Below are positions 55,128 to 64,000 of a stretch of 64,000 nucleotides of DNA, one piece after another. This stretch comes from an uncultured Acidobacteriota bacterium (GTDB lineage Bacteria > Acidobacteriota > Blastocatellia > RBC074). The translations under genes and the position numbers were made by a program. Location of the stretch: positions 1,376,001 through 1,440,000 of the forward strand of contig CAWCKY010000006.1 of NCBI GenBank assembly GCA_963796275.1. The letters run 5' to 3'. Within the stretch, counting starts at the first letter, position 1, and each line of letters opens with the position of its first letter. The notes beneath the pieces were generated by a model. It was given only the letters and a program-made list of their open reading frames with translations. It was not told where the DNA came from and ran no database searches.

Positions 55128-56296
55128 TGAATCTCGCTTACTACTTGCTGATCGGAATCCTGGCGATACTCGCAACAGGCGGTATCGCGTACTACCTCAT
55201 CGCCATCTATTGCGCGTATCGGCTCGGCCACAGGCGTGTTCCCGACCACCAGAGCCTGTCGAATGAATCCCCCCCCATGAGCCTGCTCAAACCGCTGCAC
55301 GGTGCCGAGCCTGAGCTTGAGCGATGTCTTGAGAGCTTTTTCGTTCAGGACTATTCGGACTATGAGATACTCTTCGCCGTCAGACACGGTGACGATCCGG
55401 CGGTCGATGTCGTCAATCGATTGAGCGCGCGTTACCCTCACATTCCCACTAAAATGATCCTTACCGGAGAACCGCCTTACGCAAACGCCAAGGTTTATAG
55501 TCTTAAGAAGATGGCTGAGGCGGCTCGCCATCGAATCCTGGTCGTCACCGATAGCGATGCTTCGGTTGCGCCCGATTATCTTCAATCGATGGCGCGGGAG
55601 TTCGCTTCTCCGCAGGTCGGCGCAGTCACCAACCTTTATCGTGGAGTCAGCGGGCGCGATCTGTGGTCGAAGATGGAAGCGCTCGGCATGACGACGGAGT
55701 TCATGGCCGGCGTGGTAGTGGCCGAACGGCTAGAGGGAATGAAGTTTACGCTCGGCCCATCGATGGCGATCCGCTCCGAATGCCTGGATGCCATCGGTGG
55801 ATTCTCTGCGATGAAAGATTATCTCGCTGACGATTTCGTCCTCGGCCATTGGGCGGATCGGGCCGGCTGGCGTGTCGCCCTATCGAATCATGTCATCAAC
55901 CATCACGCCTCGAATGAGGGATTCAGCCGGACCTTCATTCACCGACTTCGTTGGAACCGCAGCTCGCGCTTTTCGCGTCCGTCTGGTTATTTCGGTCAGG
56001 GATTCACATACGGAATGGTCTGGGCATCGTTGCTGGTCTTGCTCTCTCCGGCCTGGTGGTTTTTGTTGTTGTCGGTGATCATTCTCCGCTTTTTGCTGGC
56101 AATCCAGGTGGGCGTTTATTTGCTGAAGGATCATGCGATTTGGCGTAGTCTCTGGCTGATCCCCTTGCAGGATGTTTTCAGCTTCGCCAGCTGGATTGGA
56201 GGTTTTCTCGGCAGAGAGATCGTCTGGCGCAGCGAACGGTATCGCCTGTTGTCGGGCGGACGCTTCAAAAAGATTGCCAAAACAAATTATTCCTGA
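55127..56296 (+). CDS. hpnI: HpnI-like / ceramide-glucosyltransferase-family glycosyltransferase
   Basis: [23 protein letters not shown] and RWNR motifs. Confidence 0.75.
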   Translation: MNLAYYLLIGILAILATGGIAYYLIAIYCAYRLGHRRVPDHQSLSNESPPMSLLKPLHGAEPELERCLESFFVQDYSDYEILFAVRHGDDPAVDVVNRLSARYPHIPTKMILTGEPPYANAKVYSLKKMAEAARHRILVVTDSDASVAPDYLQSMAREFASPQVGAVTNLYRGVSGRDLWSKMEALGMTTEFMAGVVVAERLEGMKFTLGPSMAIRSECLDAIGGFSAMKDYLADDFVLGHWADRAGWRVALSNHVINHHASNEGFSRTFIHRLRWNRSSRFSRPSGYFGQGFTYGMVWASLLVLLSPAWWFLLLSVIILRFLLAIQVGVYLLKDHAIWRSLWLIPLQDVFSFASWIGGFLGREIVWRSERYRLLSGGRFKKIAKTNYS

Positions 56297-56988
56297 CAGC
56301 TTTTCCATGGATGTGGTTAAGTGCAGTTATATTTCCGGCTTTATCTTTAAGCTTTATCCATAATACAGATTAACTCACTCGGTAATTAAGCAGTAACAAA
56401 ACAATTCGTATCTCGGGCAGACGGTCTGCTGAGTCGTACATGTCCAGGCGCTCCTGACTCTCTTCCTGCGTATTTCCGCAGATAAATTCTGATTTGCTTT
56501 GTGCAGCCAACATTCTCCCCGTATCTCTACCGGGGGTAAGGTAAGTCATATTTGAGCGAAACATAAGGTATATATCCCCGGATATAGCCTTTTATCTACC
56601 TTAAGAATCGAAATAATCACAACCTGCGATGAATTGACCATGGAGGTTCTGATGGTATGGTAGAGCTGCGTAAGAGCGTGTTTCAAATGTTTCTCGGAAG
56701 CCCTGAAAGAGTACAAGAAAATAGCCAGGGCTGAGCGAAGTGTAGCTGCCGGTAACTTCGATGTGAGTCGCAAAGCTCTGTTAAGGGATCGATGTCAGTT
56801 TATTATTGCGCGCATAATTTTAGGGCGACAGTTTCATTACCTTACGCCAAGTAAGCAGTCTGTCTGTGTAAGTACCTATTACTTTCGACCACCCTCCAAA
56901 ACGCTTGGTGGTTACTATGGCCGAAGCAAACCAAGTAGCTCTCCATTTCCGGCGCCCTCACCGGTAGCCGAGAAAGGAAAATAGAAAG

Positions 56989-58653
56989 ATGAATAGAAGA
57001 AAAACTCTCCAAATTCTGGTGGTCTGCTCCCTTTTGGGGTCAGCAGCATTCTGGTCGGCATCATCGTCGGCTCAATTGCCTGACCGGACGCGAAACCCCA
57101 ACGCAGCGAATGCTGGAATTGCCAAATCATTCGAGCAACAGATTGGCGCAGGAGCAGGCGACACCATGACCCCCAACACCTCGAGGTTCATCATCGCACG
57201 CGATCCGTTTCGTGCAATCCGTCGGGGACGCCAGATATTCCAGCGGAAATTCACACGGGATCAAGGCCAGGGCCCACTGACGGGCGATGGCGACGGTAAA
57301 ACCGATATTGAGACCGATATCATTATTGGCGCCGGCCTGGCTGACAGTTGCGCCGCCTGCCATGGCCGGCCGAAAGGATCTGCCGGTTCGGGTGGCGACG
57401 TCGTAACAAGACCCGACAGTCGCGACGCGCCGCACCTGTTCGGTCTGGGGTTGAAGGAGATGCTGGCCGATGAGATTACGGGCGAACTGCGAGCCATTCG
57501 CGCCCAGGCGATCAATCAGGCGAGGGCTCAAAGAAGGAACGTAACCCTGGCCCTGACGACGAGCGCAGGTAAGGGAAGTATCAGTTATGGCTCGATCACG
57601 GCGCGGCCTAATGGGACCGTGGACACATCGCAGGTCGACGGCGTCAATCCGGACCTTCGCGTCAGACCATTTTTCTTACACGGCGAGACAATCTCGATGC
57701 GCGAATTCATCGTCGGCGCGTTCAACGCCGAGATGGGGCTTGAGGCACCTGACACGGAACTGCGTGCCGCCAGTCTCGGGGCGCGGTTCGTCACGCCGAG
57801 TGGGATGGTGCTTGACGGGGGAGCCGACACAATCGAAACGCCGCCGGTCATCAACGTACTTCATGACTCGGATAATGATGGGGTCGTCAATGAGATCCCA
57901 ACCAGCATCGTCGATTTCATGGAGTTTTACCTCCTCCACTATTTTAAGGCGGGGTTGGGCGAAAACTCTCCCGAACAGATCCAACCGGGCACGGGTTTTC
58001 CGGCTCCTACTACCGGGGAAGCCGCCGATGGTCTGAACCAGTTCAGAGCCATCGGATGCACCTCGTGCCATATACAGAACCTGACGATCAACCGAGATCG
58101 CCGGGTCGCCGATTTGGATACGAGATTCGATCCCTTCCGTGGTAATCCACTCAATAATTTTTTTGCGTTGGCGACGGCCTTCTTCACCCCGGTTAATGAC
58201 GGCAGCAGCCATCCGGCGATCAAGCGACCCAATTTCGGCAGCTTCGTCGTACGGAATATTTTCACCGACTTCAAGCGTCATGACCTCGGCCCGAACTTCC
58301 ATGAAATAAATTTCGACGCCACGATCCGGACAGAATTCCTGACCACATCGTTGTGGGGCGTTGGCAGTACAGGTCCTTACGGACACGACGGACGGAGCAT
58401 GACGCTCAAAGATGTGATCTTGCGTCACGGAGGTGAGGCACAGCTGGCGCGCAATAGATTCGCCAATGCCGGAGTCGGGGCGCAACGGAATATCATCACT
58501 TTTCTCAACACGCTTATCATTTTCCCCCCTGACGATACGGCCTCGAACCTGCCTGGAGGCGCAGCAATTCCAACAACGACAGGGTATCCGCAGTTCGGCC
58601 ATGGCAGCATAAGGCTGGTCGGGCTATTCAACGATCCAAACGACATTGAATAG
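56989..58653 (+). CDS. Secreted di-heme oxidoreductase (DHOR/thiol oxidoreductase-like)
   Basis: Two CxxCH motifs (CAACH, CTSCH); PHLFGLG, LWGVG and HDGR. Confidence 0.75.
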   Translation: MNRRKTLQILVVCSLLGSAAFWSASSSAQLPDRTRNPNAANAGIAKSFEQQIGAGAGDTMTPNTSRFIIARDPFRAIRRGRQIFQRKFTRDQGQGPLTGDGDGKTDIETDIIIGAGLADSCAACHGRPKGSAGSGGDVVTRPDSRDAPHLFGLGLKEMLADEITGELRAIRAQAINQARAQRRNVTLALTTSAGKGSISYGSITARPNGTVDTSQVDGVNPDLRVRPFFLHGETISMREFIVGAFNAEMGLEAPDTELRAASLGARFVTPSGMVLDGGADTIETPPVINVLHDSDNDGVVNEIPTSIVDFMEFYLLHYFKAGLGENSPEQIQPGTGFPAPTTGEAADGLNQFRAIGCTSCHIQNLTINRDRRVADLDTRFDPFRGNPLNNFFALATAFFTPVNDGSSHPAIKRPNFGSFVVRNIFTDFKRHDLGPNFHEINFDATIRTEFLTTSLWGVGSTGPYGHDGRSMTLKDVILRHGGEAQLARNRFANAGVGAQRNIITFLNTLIIFPPDDTASNLPGGAAIPTTTGYPQFGHGSIRLVGLFNDPNDIE

Positions 58654-58745
58654 GGCTCATTATAAAAATTGGGTAGGACACGGCACCAACCCGTCAGACA
58701 CGGTACCAACACGTCCTACCCATTTTCCTTAAGCAGTTCAACCTA

Positions 58746-58845
58746 TTACATTTTACATTTGTGATTTTACATCTGTCATTTTACATCTGTCGTTTGTCCA
58801 TTGACGGAACCGCGGCGCTAGCAAGAAATGACAAATGTAAAATGT
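58746..58845. repeat. Heptamer palindrome, family copy 3 (degenerate)
   Basis: acattttacatttgtgattttacatctgtcattttacatc..aaatgacaaatgtaaaatgt. Confidence 0.7.
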
Positions 58846-60420
58846 TTAGGCTTTCGGAACGAGCTTCGCCTTCAACATCGTGTACGAGTGCGGCGGAAAA
58901 CGGTATCGCAGCTTATTCCCCTCGGCATTCGCTGAGCGCGTGACCGTCTGCACCTTCGTCGATCCGAAGTCATTCTCAGCCTTTATGTCAGGACCGTTGA
59001 CTTCTCCCACCTCGACTGGTCCGGCAAATTGATAATCTTGTGCCTCGAATTCCGTCTCGATCGGTTGGTCGCGGTGGCGGTTCACCACGTTCATCACCAG
59101 CGTGCTCTGGTCGTATCCCGCAGAGACGTCGAGATACGGCACCTGCCCGAACCGCTTGCTCTCAAATTTCGGGCTCTCTACAAACAACTCCAGCGCCTTA
59201 CCTTTGGTGTTGTTCGCGAAGAGCTGCAGCGGATAATAGATGGTCTGCAGGAACATCCCTTTTTCGTTGGTGAACATCGGCGCGATGACGTTGACCAGTT
59301 GCGCCATATTGGCCATTTTGATGATGTGGGCGTTATTGACGAACGTGTTGAGGAACGTAGCCACGACCAATGCATCTTCCAGGTTGTATCGCTCTTCCAG
59401 GATGCGGCGTCCCCGCTGCTGAGCACCGCGGGCGCGATACCAGACATTCCACTCGTCCCACGCGATGTGTATGCGGCGGTTGCGCGGCTCGCTCGACATG
59501 GCCGCGTTGATCACGCCTTCAGTCGTCTTGATCCGTTCGTTCAGTTCCACCGAATTGGTAAGGAAATCGTAGTAATCGTTTTCGCGGTTGCCGACGTACA
59601 TGTGGATCGCCAGGTAGTCGATGTGGCGCTTCAGATGTTCCAGGATAGTGCGGTTCCAGCCGATCCAGTCGATCCCCTGGGCGAAATGAGATGATCCCGC
59701 GGCGATCATCTTGATGTTTGGGTCTGTCCATCTCATGAGCTTGGCCGCTTCGAGCGCGAACTTGCCGTAGTCCTCGGCGCTGCGGTGGCCCATCTGCCAC
59801 GGCCCGTCCATCTCGTTGCCGAGCCCCCAATAAGTAACCTTCCACGGATCCTGGCGCCCGTTCTGCTTACGCAGCCGCGTCATAGCTGTATCCTGGGATG
59901 AGTTGACATACTCCACCCACTGCTGCGCATCGGTCCAGCTGCCGGTCCCGAGGTTGACGCAGACGTAAGGCTCGGTGCCCACCATATCGGCGTACTGGAG
60001 GAACTCGTGAGTGCCGAAGCGATTGGTCTCGACCGTGCCCCAGGCCATCTCAAGGCGGCGCGGCCGCTGGTCCCGTGGTCCGATACCGTCTTTCCAATGG
60101 TAATTGGAAACGAAGTTACCTCCCGGCCATCGCAGGATAGTGACGTTCAACTTTTTGGTCGCGTCCAGGACGTCGCGCCGGAAGCCGTTGGAGTCGGAAA
60201 GCGACGAACCCTCCTCGAATACGCCGCCGTCGATGCAGCGGCCGAGGTGCTCGATGAAATTACCATAGATCTTGGGATCGATATCCCCGATTACTCGCTC
60301 AGTGTCGATCTTGACCCGCGCGCGAAGCGGGCCCTGCTGCGCGCGGACGGCGAAAGGCACGGCGATCAATGCAGTGGTGAAATCGCGTCGGGATAAACAC
60401 GCCATATTTTTTAAAGCCAT
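58846..60420 (-). CDS. Alpha-L-arabinofuranosidase (GH51), Tat-exported
   Basis: YGNFIEHLGRC, RWPGGNF, GNEMDG.WQ.G, DEWNVW and AQLVNVI motifs; SRRDF. Confidence 0.92.
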   Translation of the reverse strand: MALKNMACLSRRDFTTALIAVPFAVRAQQGPLRARVKIDTERVIGDIDPKIYGNFIEHLGRCIDGGVFEEGSSLSDSNGFRRDVLDATKKLNVTILRWPGGNFVSNYHWKDGIGPRDQRPRRLEMAWGTVETNRFGTHEFLQYADMVGTEPYVCVNLGTGSWTDAQQWVEYVNSSQDTAMTRLRKQNGRQDPWKVTYWGLGNEMDGPWQMGHRSAEDYGKFALEAAKLMRWTDPNIKMIAAGSSHFAQGIDWIGWNRTILEHLKRHIDYLAIHMYVGNRENDYYDFLTNSVELNERIKTTEGVINAAMSSEPRNRRIHIAWDEWNVWYRARGAQQRGRRILEERYNLEDALVVATFLNTFVNNAHIIKMANMAQLVNVIAPMFTNEKGMFLQTIYYPLQLFANNTKGKALELFVESPKFESKRFGQVPYLDVSAGYDQSTLVMNVVNRHRDQPIETEFEAQDYQFAGPVEVGEVNGPDIKAENDFGSTKVQTVTRSANAEGNKLRYRFPPHSYTMLKAKLVPKA

Positions 60421-60537
60421 CTCTCGAATTCCTCCTAAAAAAATAGACAGGAATTACAAGATTGATCAGGATTTGAATTTGGTTAAATCTCGAACAATCT
60501 CGTGCATCCTGTCTTGATTTTTATCGATTCGGGTTTT

Positions 60538-63500
60538 CTACCAGTAAATCTTCACTCCAAGCTGAATAATTCGCGGATCACGCGCGCCATTGTACTCGCC
60601 AAAAAATGTGCCGAGCGGGCGACTTGCATCATTTGCACGTTGGCCTCGGATATTGTCACTGATTATCGCCCTACCGTATTGGGCGAAAATGTCATTACCG
60701 GTAAGGAAGCCGCCATTGGCTTGCAGTACAGCGAGGTTTGTGCCCGCATTGATGCCGGAGAATTGCGTCTGATTGAAGACATTGAACGCTTCCACGCGAA
60801 GCTGAATCGTACGGTTACTATCAGGATTACCAAGCGGAATATTCTTGAATATCGACAGGTCGGTATTGTTTATTCCAGGATTCCTGAGATAGGTGCGTTC
60901 ACCTTGGCCGAGGCTGCCAAGCTCGGGAATGATGTATGCATCCGGGTTGATCAACAGGCCATTAGTCCCTTTAGTCGGATCGCCCTTGAGTCTATAACGT
61001 GCAGGTTCAGTCCATGAGCCGGTGATCCGCTGGTTGGCATTACTGCCTGTTAGCCCTACTCCTGGTTCGAATGGATTTCCGGTGATCAGCGAAGTTATGC
61101 CTGAAATCTGCCACCCGTTGAGAAGGCCGCGTGTCAGCCCGTTGTTGCCCAGACGGTTTCCCAATTTCGGCAATTCATAGACGTAGGTCGCGACGAAAGC
61201 GTGCGTGCGGTCGAATCCCAGTAACCGGTAATCGTAGACGCGCGTGTTGTACGGATTGACGAAATCGAAATCACCGGCATTCGTCCCGAGCGCCTTTGAA
61301 AGGGTATAAGCCATGCTGAAGGTGAACCCTCTCGTGAAGCGACGATTAACCGCAACCTGGAGGGAGTTGAAATTCGATGAGCTGGTGTTTTCACGGAAGT
61401 TGATCGTTGCGATTCCCGGGTAGGGCTTGATCAGGTTGTCAGGCAGCGCTTTCGAACCATCGAATTTCAGACCTGCATCTTTATAGGCTTGAGGGATAGT
61501 GACATCCACATCCGGAACTACACCGTCGGGGAACCGGGTCGGGTCCTGGGCGGCCCTGGTGAAGAGATATCCGAACGGGATCGCATTCAGGTTACGTTGT
61601 TGAAACAGGTGACTGGAGAAGGTACCGACATATGCGACATCCACCACGGTATTGAAGCCGATATCGCGCTGGATGCTAAGGCTCATACTGTATATTGTCG
61701 GGAGTTTCCCTTCTCTTGCGTATCCGAACACATTTGACGGTGCGATCAATCCAGTCTGTCCAGGCGTGAGGTCTGCGAGACGGCCGAAAAGCAGCTGTGG
61801 CTGGAGCACGACTGGCGGATTCGCAATCTGATCGAAGGCTACATTCCCCTGCACCCGATCGTATGAGATTCCGGCGCCACCACGAATGATAGTCTTACCA
61901 TCGCCAGTCAAATCATAGGCGAATCCAAACCGAGGTCCCCATTGTATACCTCGGTTATCGAATCCGCCGCGCGGATAGCCCTCGCTAGCCAGACCCATAC
62001 CGTTGGCAATGTCTCCGGTTCCCGGGACAAATGCAGCAATGTAGTTCGACGGAAATGTATTGTCCGGCGTTGGCGTAACGCCAGCGGCAACCAATGCCGG
62101 ATCCATCGCGCGCCGATTGGCGCCACTTGGACAAGGGGGAGCGCCGAAACATACTGGGACATAAAGCCTCGAGGCTTTCGACGGATCGTACTCGGTAGGA
62201 TTGAATACCCCCGTCTGAAGCAGAACATCGTACTGCGGCTCATACCAGGATAGGCGCAAGCCATAATCGAGCGTCAGTTTGCGGGTTGCCTTCCAGTTGT
62301 CCTGAATGTATCCCTCGATGTTCCAGTATCGGTAAAGTCCTTTCGGAAAGTTGTTCGCTTGTGTGTAAGTGTTATAGACGCCAAGCAAAGCATTCGAATA
62401 GGGATGGCCTGTATTGAGCGGATTGTTGGGGTTGTTATCGAAGTTAATGTCCCCATCGGTGCGCGCAAAGACAGTCTGATCCTTGCGGCTGCGCTGGGCG
62501 TAGAAGCCCGTCTTGAGCGTGTGTGAACCGACGATCTTTGAAACGTTGTCAATAAAGTTGAATGTATGGTTCTGGTTGATGAACGGCAGCCCATTGTAAT
62601 TAGTGAATGGGAAGGTCTGGTTGGCAATCCCCCCATATCGGAAATTCGGAACGTACCCTGCTCCAATATTCGGAAACAGCTTAGGGACATTGATATTGTT
62701 GGTGCTTGCCAGAGCCCGATCATCGGCGGGACGCAGATCAATGAAGTTGCTGCTCGGACCGAAGATGAACTCGTTAGTGAGCGTTGGACTGAATGTATGC
62801 GTCAAAGTCAACACCCCATTTCGCCCGGGGCGCGGAAATGAGGTAGGTGCTAGAGGGAAATTCAGATCGCTGGCGAAATCGCCGTAGGCCAGTAACCGCT
62901 GCTCTTTATTATTGGTATAACGGCCTGTCAGGCGAGTGCGCTCTGAAATATTCCAGTCAACGCGCAGAATGTCTTCACGACGCGGGTATTGTGTCGAGAT
63001 CGAGGATGTGTAGTTAAAGTCGTTGCGACCAGCAACATTCGGCAACGGGTAGAAATTCAGGATAGCACTCCCACCGGGAAATCTATTAAGGTCTTCAGCT
63101 GGAATTATATTTCCGGGGTATGGTTGGCGCGTAAATGGGCTTATTATCGTAATGGGATTGCCATTGCCATCGACTGTCTGCGAGAAATTGCCATTTCGTT
63201 CCGCCTCTGTCGGTATGCGGATATTACGCGCTCCCACCGGCGCGAGTTGCTCGTACCATTCCTGATTCCAATAAAAGAAGAGCTTGTCCTTATTCTTATT
63301 GAACCCGCCCAATGGCCCGAATACCTTTTGCGGCAGATAGATCGGCCCGCCGATTTCATAGCCTACGTTGTTGTAACGATAGAGATTGCGCGGTTGGATC
63401 TCGACGCCATTCGCATCTCTTCCCTGAGCATTGCGGAAATAGTTGTTCGCATTCAGGCCTTCATGCCGATGAAAGTAACGCGCGCCGCCGTGGAATTCGC

Positions 63501-64000
63501 TCGTGCCGGATTTGGATACGACCGAGATAAATGCGCCGCCGGCCCGGCCATATTCGGCCTGGAAGTTGGAGGTCAGAACCTTCATCTCGGCGATCGCATC
63601 GGGATTGAGCGAGGCATGCGTGTCGAAGTTGTTCCCCGTGTCGATGTTCGATGATCCATCAACAGTGAGCTCCTTCTGGTTGGTGCGTGTGCCGTTGATT
63701 GCGTAATCCCCAAGTCTGCCGGTGGATGAAGATATCTGGCTGCCAGTGACTGTTCCGGTGATGACACCGGGCAGTGTCTTCAGGAAGTCCTGATAGTTGC
63801 GCCCGTTGAGCGCCAGCTCTTTGATCTGTGTGCCGGTGACCACGCCCGATCGCTCGCCCGATTCCGACTGAATCTCGATACGCCCTGAATCAGCGGTCAC
63901 CGTTACCGTCTCAGTCACCGCTCCGACATCCAATACGAAATCCCCCGCGTTGAGCAGGTCGATGGCGTTGAGGATTATCTCCGTCTTTTCCAATCGTTTG
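60538..64000 (-). CDS. Oar-like TonB-dependent receptor (N-terminus beyond the window)
   Basis: LALNGRNY, KSGTSEFHG, QDNWK..LTLDYGLR and DPRIIQLGVKIYW; frame open to the edge. Confidence 0.9.
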   Translation of the reverse strand, partial: KRLEKTEIILNAIDLLNAGDFVLDVGAVTETVTVTADSGRIEIQSESGERSGVVTGTQIKELALNGRNYQDFLKTLPGVITGTVTGSQISSSTGRLGDYAINGTRTNQKELTVDGSSNIDTGNNFDTHASLNPDAIAEMKVLTSNFQAEYGRAGGAFISVVSKSGTSEFHGGARYFHRHEGLNANNYFRNAQGRDANGVEIQPRNLYRYNNVGYEIGGPIYLPQKVFGPLGGFNKNKDKLFFYWNQEWYEQLAPVGARNIRIPTEAERNGNFSQTVDGNGNPITIISPFTRQPYPGNIIPAEDLNRFPGGSAILNFYPLPNVAGRNDFNYTSSISTQYPRREDILRVDWNISERTRLTGRYTNNKEQRLLAYGDFASDLNFPLAPTSFPRPGRNGVLTLTHTFSPTLTNEFIFGPSSNFIDLRPADDRALASTNNINVPKLFPNIGAGYVPNFRYGGIANQTFPFTNYNGLPFINQNHTFNFIDNVSKIVGSHTLKTGFYAQRSRKDQTVFARTDGDINFDNNPNNPLNTGHPYSNALLGVYNTYTQANNFPKGLYRYWNIEGYIQDNWKATRKLTLDYGLRLSWYEPQYDVLLQTGVFNPTEYDPSKASRLYVPVCFGAPPCPSGANRRAMDPALVAAGVTPTPDNTFPSNYIAAFVPGTGDIANGMGLASEGYPRGGFDNRGIQWGPRFGFAYDLTGDGKTIIRGGAGISYDRVQGNVAFDQIANPPVVLQPQLLFGRLADLTPGQTGLIAPSNVFGYAREGKLPTIYSMSLSIQRDIGFNTVVDVAYVGTFSSHLFQQRNLNAIPFGYLFTRAAQDPTRFPDGVVPDVDVTIPQAYKDAGLKFDGSKALPDNLIKPYPGIATINFRENTSSSNFNSLQVAVNRRFTRGFTFSMAYTLSKALGTNAGDFDFVNPYNTRVYDYRLLGFDRTHAFVATYVYELPKLGNRLGNNGLTRGLLNGWQISGITSLITGNPFEPGVGLTGSNANQRITGSWTEPARYRLKGDPTKGTNGLLINPDAYIIPELGSLGQGERTYLRNPGINNTDLSIFKNIPLGNPDSNRTIQLRVEAFNVFNQTQFSGINAGTNLAVLQANGGFLTGNDIFAQYGRAIISDNIRGQRANDASRPLGTFFGEYNGARDPRIIQLGVKIYW

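Overview
Bacterial chromosomal window, about 55% GC. It is most likely from an Acidobacteriota genome, inferred from three Oar-like TonB-dependent receptors, a PSD1/DUF1553-DUF1501 pair and HpnI. Contents: a secreted metzincin plus partner downstream of a two-component system; a degenerate sigma54-type regulator; ino1; a ferredoxin; a rhamnose/sulfatase/TBDR/SSS catabolic locus; two intact IS elements; SRAP; purH; a sulfate ABC locus (cysA, rrf2-sbp-cysT-cysW); a Fur-boxed piuA/piuC/piuB/cbiX-like iron locus; ArnT/HpnI glycosyltransferases; a di-heme protein; and a GH51 enzyme with a TBDR. Five genes are each broken by a single +1 base, most simply read as long-read error. Two structures stand out. 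(1) After cysW there is an unannotated Cys-rich ORF (..DRCCCCPCSCLC..), then two tandem terminators that each have a competing helix, then a tRNA-Cys with G instead of the near-universal U33, then a TBDR. This is a candidate cysteine-sensing attenuation system. (2) An IS50-like IS4 element sits inside a REPIN-like palindrome, flanked by a ~116-bp direct duplication, with both IS ends joined to the same target motif. All calls come from reading motifs by eye; no database searches or folding programs were run.
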